The notes below the pieces were generated by a model. That model saw only the letters and a program-made list of their open reading frames with translations. It was not told the DNA's origin and did not search any database. A stretch of DNA of 20,253 bases from Myxococcota bacterium (GTDB taxonomy: Bacteria; Myxococcota; UBA4151): positions 1-20,253 of the forward strand of contig JBDQPD010000061.1 in NCBI GenBank assembly GCA_040260805.1, given 5' to 3'. Both the position numbers and the translations under genes were made by a program. Below, piece by piece: positions 1 to 8,266 of this stretch. Each line of letters starts with the position of its first letter. Position 1 is the first letter of the stretch.

Positions 1-389
1 ACCAGGCGATGGTGCCTTTTGGGGTCATATCCACTGAGCAGTCGTTGATGCTCAGGGACTTGAAAAACAGCCGTGCAGAGCCACACCCCAACCAAAAGAA
101 CCAAGCCGGCTAGGGCGAGCAGTGGCTGGCCGTGGATTCCAGTGTCTACGACCAGCAAGAGCGCCAGCGCAGCTTCGATGATCATCGGCAGACCGACGAC
201 ATGCCCGGTCCGGTTGACGTGCTGATTTTGGTACTCCGAGAACTGCTCTTTGCCGACAAACGATTTGAGCGGGTAGTGAACGTGCTGCACAAAGCAGATG
301 ACGCCGACCATGATGCTCGTCGCCGATAGGTGCAACGCGAGGATCGGCAGATGCCAACTCCCCGCCACTAACCCTGGATAGGCGAACAC
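1..389 (-). CDS. Conserved hypothetical membrane protein (3'-partial, runs off the window start; absent from the ORF track)
   Basis: Manual translation from GTG at 389 gives MFAYPGLVAGSWHLPILALHLSATSIMVGVICFVQHVHYPLKSFVGKEQFSEYQNQHVNRTGHVVGLPMIIEAALALLLVV...LLALAGLVLLVGVWLCTAVFQVPEHQRLLSGYDPKRHHRL. The frame is open to position 1, has three hydrophobic segments and an FVQxVHYP motif, and starts 1 nt after the stop of the upstream SDR. Confidence 0.8.
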   Translation of the reverse strand, partial: MFAYPGLVAGSWHLPILALHLSATSIMVGVICFVQHVHYPLKSFVGKEQFSEYQNQHVNRTGHVVGLPMIIEAALALLLVVDTGIHGQPLLALAGLVLLVGVWLCTAVFQVPEHQRLLSGYDPKRHHRL

Positions 390-390
390 G

Positions 391-1824
391 TCACACGCTC
401 CCCGGCCCGAGCTCAGGTAAGCTCATCGGCTGGCGCTCAAGGCGGTCGAGATGTCGGCGAAACCGCCACATCACGAACAGATGCGCCTGGGCTTGGGAGA
501 TGCGATACATCCACCAGGGCAGGCTCGGCACAAAGTCATGGATCGCGACGAGCAGCGTGGACTGGTCGAGCGTCGAGCGGAACTCGAGATGACCCCGGTC
601 GTGATCAAAGACCAACAGACCATCAACGATGCGTAAGACGTGCCGCCGCTCATGGCTCGCCGACTCGTCGGTCTGAAGCGAGAGCAGGCTCTGACTCCAG
701 CCCGCGAGGTAAAAGTCGTAGCGCTTGAGCTCGGCGTCAAAGTGCACGCGGATGATCCCAAAGAAGGCGGTGGGCAGCCAGCGTAGATAGCGCTCTGCCG
801 CCCAGGCAGCAGAGCGCCCTTGCGGCATGCTAAAGCGCTGCACCGAGTGCACCTTGTCACCCGCCGATTGACGCTTGGACGAGCGAAAAGCGCGCGGCGC
901 GTTGCGCGGCGTGCTCGAGGCGGCCTCCTCGAGATGTTGCCAGACCGACTCGGGCTTGAACCCGGGCAGCTTGGACGAAGAATCGGACCGAACCACCATG
1001 TCGTGTTTGAGGCTCTCCACCAAGGGAGCGACCAGCGCCTTGGGCGCGCCTGTCGTCAGACTCACCCACAACCGCGACAGCCTCGTCGAGAGCAGCGGGA
1101 CCCCCAAGAAGAACCGCTTGAGCCCGAGCGAGCGGGCGGTCGCCTTCATCAGCTGGACGTAGCTGAGCGACTCGCCCGAAGCGACGTCATAGGTGTGCGA
1201 GTCGGTGGATGTGTTCTCAAGGCTCAGGCCGATCGCCTGCAGCAGGTCACGCAAGCCCACAGGCTGCATCCGTGAGCGTGTCCAGCTCGGGCAGATCATG
1301 ACCGGCAGGCGGCGAACCAGACGAGCCATGAGCTGGTACGACGAGCCGCGAGCACCCAGCACCAAGCCAGCGCGCAGAGTGGTGACCGGTACACCCGTAC
1401 CCGCCAGCGCACGCTCGACCTCTAGCCGACTCGCTAGATGGTCGGACAGCTCTTCCTCATCAATCTCGGGGACTAAGCCTCCGACGTACAAGATGCGTTT
1501 GACCTTGGCGTCTTTAGCCGCCTTGGCGAAGTTGTCCGCACACATCAGGTCCAGGTCACTGAAATGACCCTGCACTAAGCGCGCCGATGGCATCATGCTG
1601 TGCACCAAGTAGATGGCGATATCGGCGCCCTTGAGCGCCCGTCTCGTGCCGCTGAGCGAGAACAGATCCACCCGCCGCAGCGAGTGGTAGCCCTTCATCG
1701 GCTTGGTCGCCGAACGAGACAGGGCGATCAACCGGAACCGATCGCCTAGGACCTGAGGCAGCGCCTGTCCCACAAAGCCGGTCGCGCCCGCCACCACGAC
1801 GGTGATCTTCTTCGACTCATCCAT
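391..1824 (-). CDS. NAD(P)-binding atypical SDR / epimerase-dehydratase family protein (YbjT-like) with an extra C-terminal domain
   Basis: N-terminal Rossmann motif VVAGATGFVG, plus YLVHSM, HLASRLEVE, LRAGLVLG and QPVG motifs typical of YbjT-like SDRs. The start overlaps the photolyase stop by 8 bp, suggesting an operon. Confidence 0.85.
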   Translation of the reverse strand: MDESKKITVVVAGATGFVGQALPQVLGDRFRLIALSRSATKPMKGYHSLRRVDLFSLSGTRRALKGADIAIYLVHSMMPSARLVQGHFSDLDLMCADNFAKAAKDAKVKRILYVGGLVPEIDEEELSDHLASRLEVERALAGTGVPVTTLRAGLVLGARGSSYQLMARLVRRLPVMICPSWTRSRMQPVGLRDLLQAIGLSLENTSTDSHTYDVASGESLSYVQLMKATARSLGLKRFFLGVPLLSTRLSRLWVSLTTGAPKALVAPLVESLKHDMVVRSDSSSKLPGFKPESVWQHLEEAASSTPRNAPRAFRSSKRQSAGDKVHSVQRFSMPQGRSAAWAAERYLRWLPTAFFGIIRVHFDAELKRYDFYLAGWSQSLLSLQTDESASHERRHVLRIVDGLLVFDHDRGHLEFRSTLDQSTLLVAIHDFVPSLPWWMYRISQAQAHLFVMWRFRRHLDRLERQPMSLPELGPGSV

Positions 1825-3439
1825 GATGCGATCGCACCGGGCTCAGCATCTGCTGTCCGTCAGGGACGATGCGCGCACCTTGCGTCAGCGCATCCTGCAC
1901 GCTCTGGGTCACCAGCTCTTCGTACTTCTTTTGTTCGTCCGTTCGCCGCCCGGCTGCAGTCAGCGCCAGCTTCATCCGAGGGTTGGATCCGAGCCGGTCT
2001 TGGTGACGGTTGAGGAAGTTCCAATACATGGAGGTCATCGGGCAGTCGACGCCCGGCTGGAAGGAGCAGTCAGAGCAGTAGTCGCTCATGCGCTTCACGT
2101 AGGCGCTGCCAGAGATGTAGGGCTTGGTGCTCATAATGTCGGACGCCGCAAAGCTACCCATGCCCAACACATTGGGCTCCACCACCCAGTCGTAAGCGTC
2201 CGTGAACATCACCCAGAACCAGTCGGTCAGGTCCCGAGGTGACGCCCCGATCAAGGTCGCCCAGTTCGACAGGATCATCAGCCTGTTGATGTGGTGGGTA
2301 TAGCCCGTCTCGAGAACCTCTCCTACCGCCTCATCGAGGCAGTTGAACCCCGACGGGACCCCCCAGAATGCAGGCGGCAAAGGCAGCTCAGCGCCCAGCG
2401 CATTGACCGATCCCGCAGCGTCAAACGGGACCTCTGCTTGGAGGCGCTCTGGCAGCGCCCTAAAGCCATCTGATTTGGCGTGAACGTGGCGCACAAACTC
2501 ACGCCAACCCAGCACCTGCCGCACGAAGCCTTCCTTGCTGTTGAGCGGGATATCCATCGCCAGGACGTCATTGATCAACCGGACGGGCGTGAGACGCCCC
2601 AGATTCATGAGGCTCGAGACCAGGGTGTGGAATAAGGTGCGTGACCGGGTCGACATCGCATCTTCGTAGGTGCCGAAATGCTCGAGGCAGTGCGTCTTCG
2701 CCCTGCTCCAGAGCGCCTCCGCATCCGCGGCGGTGGTCGGCAGCGCGTTGGGCGTCAGCGAACCAGGGTGATCCGAGAACAGGGTGTTCACGTCCTGACA
2801 GACCTCATCGACGATGCGATCAGGGTCGAAACTCATCGCCTTGGGCGCCTTCGGCGTTCCGTTCCAGCGCTCGCGGTTGTCGGCGTCAAAGCTCCAGCGT
2901 CCGCCCACCGGCTTGCCGGCGGCATCAATCAACACGTTGTAGCGCCTGCGGACGACCCGATAGAAGCGGTCCATCCGCCACGTCCCTTTGGAACACGCCG
3001 TCTCGAAGTCGTCGCTCGTGGTGAGCCAGAGTCGGTTCTCACGAACCGCCAGCTTGCCCTCAGCGATCACCCCCTCCAGCTCAAGGCGCAGCTCACGCTC
3101 AGCGGGCTCCATGCACTCGAGAGTGCCCACCCGGCTGTGCGCCTCGCGGATGCCTGCCTCGTAGCTGTCTGCGACCAGATACAGCACCGCTACGCCCTTG
3201 CTCGCCTGCTCAAGGGCAAACTGCCGCTGGTTCGCAAGCAGCAGCGCGAGCTTTTGTTTGTGGTACGAGCGCCGCCGCCCCTTTGAGGGGGACTCGATCA
3301 GGACGATCCCAACCTTCTCGTGGTCGCTGCCAAGCAACGAAAAGGGGCTGTCGTTCAGTTGGTCATACGGAACGTACACCCACCGACGATTCTCGAGGGG
3401 GGAATTGACGTCCCAAAGGCGGGCTCTAAAGTAACGCAT
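1817..3439 (-). CDS. Fe-S bacterial cryptochrome/photolyase (FeS-BCP; Agrobacterium PhrB / Rhodobacter CryB-like, probable (6-4) photolyase)
   Basis: Motifs DQL, HKQKL, RMDRFYR, GGRWSFDADNR, EGFVRQVLGWREFVR, GYTHHINRLM, DAYDWV, TKPY. Four candidate 4Fe-4S cysteines (GFNCL, YCSDC, DCP). GGAG RBS about 10 nt upstream of the ATG. Confidence 0.92.
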   Translation of the reverse strand: MRYFRARLWDVNSPLENRRWVYVPYDQLNDSPFSLLGSDHEKVGIVLIESPSKGRRRSYHKQKLALLLANQRQFALEQASKGVAVLYLVADSYEAGIREAHSRVGTLECMEPAERELRLELEGVIAEGKLAVRENRLWLTTSDDFETACSKGTWRMDRFYRVVRRRYNVLIDAAGKPVGGRWSFDADNRERWNGTPKAPKAMSFDPDRIVDEVCQDVNTLFSDHPGSLTPNALPTTAADAEALWSRAKTHCLEHFGTYEDAMSTRSRTLFHTLVSSLMNLGRLTPVRLINDVLAMDIPLNSKEGFVRQVLGWREFVRHVHAKSDGFRALPERLQAEVPFDAAGSVNALGAELPLPPAFWGVPSGFNCLDEAVGEVLETGYTHHINRLMILSNWATLIGASPRDLTDWFWVMFTDAYDWVVEPNVLGMGSFAASDIMSTKPYISGSAYVKRMSDYCSDCSFQPGVDCPMTSMYWNFLNRHQDRLGSNPRMKLALTAAGRRTDEQKKYEELVTQSVQDALTQGARIVPDGQQMLSPVRSHHG

Positions 3440-3477
3440 GGCTTGTTTTCTCCAACCTGCGACCTCACAATAAGCGG

Positions 3478-3499
3478 TTTGGTCGATAATTCAACCAAA
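3478..3499. promoter_or_regulatory. Putative operator: imperfect inverted repeat TTTGGTCGA-TAAT-TCAACCAAA upstream of the photolyase operon
   Basis: Arms match at 8 of 9 positions around a 4-nt spacer, about 40-60 nt upstream of the start codon, in an AT-rich intergenic stretch. Confidence 0.35.
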
Positions 3500-3771
3500 A
3501 AAACGTTTATTTCGTTCAACTGATTCAAAGAGGCCAAACATAGCCGAGCACTTAAGAGCGTGATAATACGTTGATATGTTCGATTTTCGGGCGCCCTATG
3601 CGGCGATGGCCTGCGACTTAGCCGGGACGACAGAGCGGTCGTTTTGAACGAATTTTAGCGCTGGTGTCGCCAAGGGCGAGCGATCGTAGCGTTGCGCTCC
3701 ATGAGCCGATGGGCAGTCACTCGACGCCTGAAGAAGGCACTACGCTCGCGTTCGGAGCTGCGCTCAGGCGA

Positions 3772-4713
3772 CTAGCGACGGCGTACAAAGAGCTCGACGG
3801 TCTCAAAGCGTTCGCCGCGGTTGCCAGCGCCAAAAGCGTTCAAGCCCCAAAGACTGAGCGCCCGCCCCGCTGCGCGGTTTGAGCCATAGATGACAAAGCC
3901 ACCGCCGGCTGCCCAGCCTGCGCAGCCTTGTTCGCCGCGCGAGATCGCCCACGACCAGAGCCGGTTGCGACGCCAGATGTCGGCTTCGCAGCGCTCGAAC
4001 GACTCGCCTGGCGTGCGCACATCAAAGCCGTCACCGATGACCTGCTCGACGTTGACGCCTGGCTGCCAGGCCGCTTTGGGCACATCGCTGTAACTCGGTC
4101 CAAGGTAGTAACCGTTCTCAGACGTCCCCGTCGCACCAATCAGGATCTCAAGGTCGCGTCCGTCGTCATCGCCTGAGAACCAGTCAAGGGCGACGCCCCA
4201 GCTGCCGCGCCCGCCGGGGTTGCCCTCGGTGTCGGACCAGGCATCCCAGACCTCGTCGCCGTATTCGAGCCGGGCGACTTGAGTCCAGCCGCCGTCGTCG
4301 TATTCCATACCGCAAAAGAGCTGCATCGGCTCGATCGGGCCGTTCGCTCCGTCGGGATCGATGAAGAAGATGTCGCTCGAAGTGTTCGGGAAAGCAGCCA
4401 GCAGCGCCTGGCACGAGATCGCCGCCGAGTCACGCGAGGATCCATCACCGCCCACTGGAGGCGCCGTTCCGGCATCGACCGGTTCGGTCGTTCCGCCGTC
4501 AGCGGTGCCGCTCGAGCCGGCGTCGGCCCCTGGAGCCACCCCTGCGTCCGCAGCAGGGACGCTGTCGGCAGGTACACACAAGCCCCCTGCGCAGACCTCT
4601 CCCGCCCGACAGGCTTCAAGGCATTCATTGGCGGTCGGCGCCGAAATGGTCACGTCGCCGCAGGCGATCGTCGAGCCGCTTAGAACCAAAAGGAGCGCGT
4701 GATGAAGCTTCAT
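3772..4713 (-). CDS. Lipoprotein with a Cys-rich motif, DAG-rich linker and bacterial fibrinogen-like (YCDxxxxGGW-type) domain
   Basis: ATG at 4713 (GAGG upstream) is a better start than 4797 and gives signal peptide MKLHHALLLVLSGSTIA-C. Followed by CLEACRAGEVCAGGLC, SCQALL...FFIDPDG...LFCGMEYDDGGWTQV, and the C-terminus VELFVRRR. Confidence 0.8.
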   Translation of the reverse strand: MKLHHALLLVLSGSTIACGDVTISAPTANECLEACRAGEVCAGGLCVPADSVPAADAGVAPGADAGSSGTADGGTTEPVDAGTAPPVGGDGSSRDSAAISCQALLAAFPNTSSDIFFIDPDGANGPIEPMQLFCGMEYDDGGWTQVARLEYGDEVWDAWSDTEGNPGGRGSWGVALDWFSGDDDGRDLEILIGATGTSENGYYLGPSYSDVPKAAWQPGVNVEQVIGDGFDVRTPGESFERCEADIWRRNRLWSWAISRGEQGCAGWAAGGGFVIYGSNRAAGRALSLWGLNAFGAGNRGERFETVELFVRRR

Positions 4714-4961
4714 GAGGTGACCTCTTTCTCTCGGGCTTAGCCATTGTGTAGCCTGTTTATCGCAAATCGGCACCCACTCAGATGACCGACCCCACAAATC
4801 GAGCTAAACCGCAGCCAAGCTCAGGGCAACCAGCGCCTAAACCGACTAATCCGTTCAAGTCAAGCTCGGGTGCCCCACAGAGGTAAAACAGATAAAAAGG
4901 CTCAAGACCGGGCTTGTAACGACGATTTTGTTGGCGCATAACACAACGGGAGCAATTCAGC

Positions 4962-6293
4962 GTGCCTCATTTATCAACCAAATCGACCATTTCTCGGTCC
5001 TCGAAACGGGTGGCGGTGGTCGGCGCTGGCGTCGCTGGTTTGACCTCGGCGTTTTATCTGGATCGGCTGACCGACTACCAGGTCACCGTTTTTGAGACCC
5101 GCGACCGCATCGGTGGCCACGCACACTCCCATCAGCTCATCGATAACGACGGCAACCCCTTCGTGGTCGACACCGGCTTCATCGTCTTCAACGATCGCAA
5201 CTACCCCAACTTTCGGCAGCTGCTCAGCACGCTTGATGTGGACCCTCACGACACCGAGATGTCCTTTAGCGTGTCGCTCCCAAAGGGTGGTAAGCGAGGT
5301 GGCTTTGAGTACAACGGCGGCAGCCTAGCGGGCTTGTTTGCACAGCGCCGAAACCTGCTCAACCCCAGGTTCTGGAAGCTGCTTCGAGACATCGTCCGGT
5401 TTAACAAGCTAGCGAAAGCAAGCCGCCAATCCGACCTGGGCGACCAAACGGTCGGCGCTTGGCTCGATCAGCACGGCTTTGGACAGGCGATGGTCACTCA
5501 GTACCTGCTGCCGATGGCGGGCGCGATCTGGTCGGCTTCGCCGCAGCGCATCCGAGACTTCCCAATCCAGTCGCTGTTTCACTTTTTAGATAACCACGGC
5601 CTCCTCAACCTTGAAGACCGCCCCCAGTGGTGCTCCTTGCGCGGTGGGAGCCGGACCTACGTCAACGCCCTTGTCGATGCCTGCTCGGCGGAGTTCAAGG
5701 TGGGCTCGGGCGTTGAGCAGGTGATCCCAAACGACGCCGGCTGCACGCTCAAAACAGCAGACGGAATCGAGCATGAGTTCGACGCGGTGGTGATGGCCTG
5801 CCACGCCGACGAGGCGCTTGCGATGCTCGCCGAGCCCGACGCCACCGAGCGCTCGATCCTCGGCGCGTTCGACTACTCTGAGAACACGGTCTACTTGCAC
5901 TCTGATGAGCAGTGGATGCCGCTGAGGCGATCGGCCTGGGCGTCGTGGAACTACATGGGCTCTGGCGACGGCGAGGACGACCCGATCGCGGTGAGCTACT
6001 GGATGAATGGTCTGCAAGAGCTGACCACCGAACAGCTCATGGTGGTCACGCTCAACCCAGCCCAGACCCCAGCTCGAGTGATCGAAAAGCTCGTCTACCG
6101 GCACCCTCAGTTTGATCTCAAAGCCTTTCACGCGCAGCAGCGCCGAGGCGAGCTCCAAGGGCATCGCAACCTCTGGTATGCTGGCGCTCATTGGCGCTGG
6201 GGCTTTCATGAGGACGGCGTCATCTCGGCGCTCTGGGCGCTCAAGAGCATGGGCGTCGATGTGCCCTTGCGCGACGAGATGGAGCCGCGATGA
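4962..6293 (+). CDS. FAD-dependent oxidoreductase, amine oxidase-like COG2907 (UfaD/RSP1091-like fatty acid desaturase candidate)
   Basis: VAVVGAGVAGL dinucleotide-binding motif, RIGGHAH, VDTGFIVFNDRNYPNF, WASWNY, YWMNGLQ, YRHPQF, GFHEDG. GGAG RBS upstream of the GTG. Canonical context directly upstream of DUF1365 and cfa. Confidence 0.9.
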   Translation: MPHLSTKSTISRSSKRVAVVGAGVAGLTSAFYLDRLTDYQVTVFETRDRIGGHAHSHQLIDNDGNPFVVDTGFIVFNDRNYPNFRQLLSTLDVDPHDTEMSFSVSLPKGGKRGGFEYNGGSLAGLFAQRRNLLNPRFWKLLRDIVRFNKLAKASRQSDLGDQTVGAWLDQHGFGQAMVTQYLLPMAGAIWSASPQRIRDFPIQSLFHFLDNHGLLNLEDRPQWCSLRGGSRTYVNALVDACSAEFKVGSGVEQVIPNDAGCTLKTADGIEHEFDAVVMACHADEALAMLAEPDATERSILGAFDYSENTVYLHSDEQWMPLRRSAWASWNYMGSGDGEDDPIAVSYWMNGLQELTTEQLMVVTLNPAQTPARVIEKLVYRHPQFDLKAFHAQQRRGELQGHRNLWYAGAHWRWGFHEDGVISALWALKSMGVDVPLRDEMEPR

Positions 6294-7054
6294 GCGACTT
6301 GCTGCTGGGTCGAATGGAGCACGCTCGCGCCGCTCGGGCAGAGCGCGCGCACCGGTTCGCCTACCCGTGGTTCGGTGTGGTGGCGCGCTACCCGATCCAG
6401 AGCAAAGGGCGCTGGTTCACCCACAACCGCCTCGGCTTTCTCAGCGTTGATGACCGCGACCACGGCTGGCGCGACGGCTCCGACCCGATGACCTGGCTCC
6501 AAGCCGAGCTAGAGGGCGCTGGGCTGGACCACAAGGTCGGTGATTTTAGCGTCGAAGTGCTGACCATGCCCAGAGTGCTCAACTTTGTCTTTAATCCGGT
6601 CAGCTTTTGGTACCTACGCGATGATGACGGGCGCGTGATGATCATCGTCGCTGAGGTGAACAACACCTTTGGCGGAACCCACAGCTACGTCCTGCACCAT
6701 GACGGGGCGCCCTTCACCGGTGATGAGTGGATCACCGTACCCAAAAAGCTCTACGTCTCGCCCTTCTTTAAGGTCGAGGGCTTCTACCGCTTCTGCTTTC
6801 GCCACAGCGACGAGCACACCGACGTGCGGCTCAACCATCTGGACAACGACCAGAAGCTGCTGATCGCCACCCGGGTGGGCGGCGACCGCGTGGCGATCTC
6901 GAGACGACGCATCCTGCGCTATGGTTTTAGCGCTTTATTTAGGGTCTGGATGGCGCTGGCGCGCATCCACATTCAGGCCGGCTTTCTGTACTTAAAAGGG
7001 GTCAAGCTGGTGCCGCGTGATCGCGGCCACGGTCGACCCGTCAAACCGAAATAA
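6290..7054 (+). CDS. DUF1365 family protein (UfaO/RSP1090-like)
   Basis: Motifs H-x-R...HRFAY, MPRVLNFVFNPVSFWY, AEVNNTFG..HSY, KKLYVSPFF, RIHIQA. ATGA overlap with the upstream gene. Confidence 0.9.
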   Translation: MSDLLLGRMEHARAARAERAHRFAYPWFGVVARYPIQSKGRWFTHNRLGFLSVDDRDHGWRDGSDPMTWLQAELEGAGLDHKVGDFSVEVLTMPRVLNFVFNPVSFWYLRDDDGRVMIIVAEVNNTFGGTHSYVLHHDGAPFTGDEWITVPKKLYVSPFFKVEGFYRFCFRHSDEHTDVRLNHLDNDQKLLIATRVGGDRVAISRRRILRYGFSALFRVWMALARIHIQAGFLYLKGVKLVPRDRGHGRPVKPK

Positions 7055-7070
7055 ACACTGTGAGAACACC

Positions 7071-8264
7071 GTGAGTATTAGAAATCTCCTCTTCGCATCG
7101 GGCGCTAAACGCTTCGTCGAGCGCTCGATGGGCGAGCTCAAAGTCGGGCGCCTCGACATGATCCTTCCGGGCGGCGAGTGCATCGTGCGTCAAGGGGCAC
7201 AAGAAGGGCTGCATGGCGTGCTTGAGATCAAGCGCTGGCGCACCTTCACCGCCATCTTGCGGCGCGGCGACATCGGCTTTGCCGAGGCCTACATCAAGGG
7301 CGACTGGGACACCCCGGACCTGTCCGCTCTGATGACCGTGCTCGCCAGCAACGTGGACACCTTCAACGACGACTTCGGCGCCCGCGGGATCGACCGGATC
7401 ATGACCTCGGTGCAACACTTCATGCGGCGCAACAGCAAAAAGCAGAGCCGCAAGAACATCGAGGCGCATTACGACCTAGGCAACACCTTCTACGAGCTCT
7501 GGCTCGACCCGACGATGACCTACTCGAGCGGCATCTTTAACGAGGGCACGGCCGAGCTTGAGACCGCCCAGCGCACCAAGTATCAGCGCATCTTAGACCA
7601 AGCCGAGCTCGAGCCCAACAGCCACATCTTAGAGGTCGGCTGCGGCTGGGGTGGTTTCGCCGAGGTTGCGGCCGAGGCGGGTCACCGGGTCACCGGGATC
7701 ACCATCTCCCCGGCTCAGCTCGACTACGCCAAAAGGCGCCTCGCGCCGCAGATTAACGACGGCGCAGTGGAGCTCACGCTCACCGATTACCGGGACCTAA
7801 ACGGCAGCTTCGACGCCATCGCCTCGATCGAGATGTTCGAAGCGGTCGGCACCGAGTGGTGGTCGGCGTATATGCAGACCCTCAAGCGCAACCTCAAACC
7901 GGGCGGCAAAGCGGTGGTTCAAAGCATCGACATCCGAGACGACCTGTTTGAGGGCTACAACAGCCAGGCCGACTTTATCCAAACCTACATCTTCCCCGGC
8001 GGTTTGATCCCCTCGCCCGAGCGCTTTCGAGCGGCGGCAGCTCAAGACGGCTTAGAGTGTCTGGACAGCCACCACTTTGGCTTGTCCTACGCCAAGACCT
8101 TACGGGACTGGCAGACCAACTTTAACGCCGTCGAAGACAACGTGCGCCACCTCGGCTTTGACACCGAGTTCATCCGGCTGTGGAACTTCTATTACAGCTA
8201 CTGCATCGGCGGCTTTGAAGCCGGCCGAACGGGCGTGGGTCAGCACACCTTGAGGGTGGCGTAA
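7071..8264 (+). CDS. cfa: Cyclopropane-fatty-acyl-phospholipid synthase family SAM methyltransferase (Cfa/UfaM-like)
   Basis: Motifs GDIGFAEAYIKGDW, NIEAHYDLGN, LDPTMTYSS, LEVGCGWGG, SIEMFEAVG, FIQTYIFPGG, YAKTLRDW. GTG at 7071 is preferred over the ORF-track start at 7017, which overlaps DUF1365. Exact start uncertain. Confidence 0.9.
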   Translation: MSIRNLLFASGAKRFVERSMGELKVGRLDMILPGGECIVRQGAQEGLHGVLEIKRWRTFTAILRRGDIGFAEAYIKGDWDTPDLSALMTVLASNVDTFNDDFGARGIDRIMTSVQHFMRRNSKKQSRKNIEAHYDLGNTFYELWLDPTMTYSSGIFNEGTAELETAQRTKYQRILDQAELEPNSHILEVGCGWGGFAEVAAEAGHRVTGITISPAQLDYAKRRLAPQINDGAVELTLTDYRDLNGSFDAIASIEMFEAVGTEWWSAYMQTLKRNLKPGGKAVVQSIDIRDDLFEGYNSQADFIQTYIFPGGLIPSPERFRAAAAQDGLECLDSHHFGLSYAKTLRDWQTNFNAVEDNVRHLGFDTEFIRLWNFYYSYCIGGFEAGRTGVGQHTLRVA

Positions 8265-8266
8265 CC

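Noticed and set aside
52..357. ORF-track calls 52..357 (-) and 132..329 (+)
   Set aside because: They are shadow frames of the membrane-protein gene at <1..389, which has the convincing hydrophobic pattern and operon spacing.
3355..3882. Small ORFs 3320..3523, 3355..3537 and 3664..3882
   Set aside because: They are short, overlap real genes or the AT-rich promoter, and have no recognisable motifs.
4714..4797. N-terminal extension of the 341-aa ORF
   Set aside because: The ATG at 4713 has an RBS and places the signal peptide and lipobox at the N-terminus.
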